Shown: positions 64,000 to 64,000 of the stretch, piece after piece
How the letters are laid out: every line of letters starts with the position of its first letter
Position numbering within the stretch: position 1 is the first letter of the stretch
Assembly (NCBI GenBank): GCA_031961545.1
Contig: JAVRLK010000001.1
Coordinates: forward strand, 6,596-70,595
DNA length: 64,000 nucleotides
Origin: Thermoplasmatota archaeon
Lineage (GTDB): Archaea; Thermoplasmatota; Thermoplasmata; Thermoplasmatales; ARK-15
Direction: 5' to 3'
Notes under the pieces: model-generated
What the model was told of the DNA's origin: nothing
What the model saw: only the letters and a program-made list of their open reading frames with translations
Database searches by the model: none
Position numbers and translations under genes: made by a program

Positions 64000-64000
64000 T

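Noticed and set aside
1-64000. CRISPR arrays, rRNA genes, and integrase or recombinase genes associated with the tRNA-flanked islands.
   Set aside because: I found no regularly spaced repeats, no rRNA-like sequence, and no tyrosine or serine recombinase motif in any tracked ORF. The islands therefore cannot be called classical integrative elements from this window alone.

Overview
The window is gene-dense, AT-rich archaeal chromosome, almost certainly Thermoplasmatales. The markers are an HTa-type HU protein, tricorn protease, a Thermoplasma-like citrate synthase and a TPP riboswitch. Most genes are housekeeping: argF, purH, prs, hisS, nrdJ, gltA, aIF5A plus agmatinase, moaC, ctaB, ADP-forming acetyl-CoA synthetase, two acyl-CoA dehydrogenases and mutL. 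RNA features are an intron-containing tRNA-Trp whose intron reads as a C/D-box guide, tRNA-Ala, two tRNA-iMet copies and the TPP riboswitch. Three accessory patches stand out. (1) Two paralogous secreted, sequon-rich proteins (2567-4492 and 16256-17332) end in a Hedgehog/intein-type Hint module directly after a Gly linker, with no C-extein. The second lies in a very low-GC surface-protein cluster between tRNA-Trp and an IS200/IS605 element with tnpB. (2) A GC-richer island of about 7.8 kb (38154-45949) is bracketed by imperfect direct repeats of about 255 bp, each holding a whole tRNA-iMet. It carries a six-gene complex-I/group-4-hydrogenase-like operon whose large subunit has lost the NiFe cysteines, plus an IS5-like element. 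(3) Decay scars are present: two IS remnants, a multiply frameshifted nitroreductase, a topoisomerase IA fragment and a deacetylase fragment. I saw no CRISPR array and no rRNA. All calls rest on reading motifs by eye, with no searches run. IS ends, pseudogene limits and some start codons are approximate.
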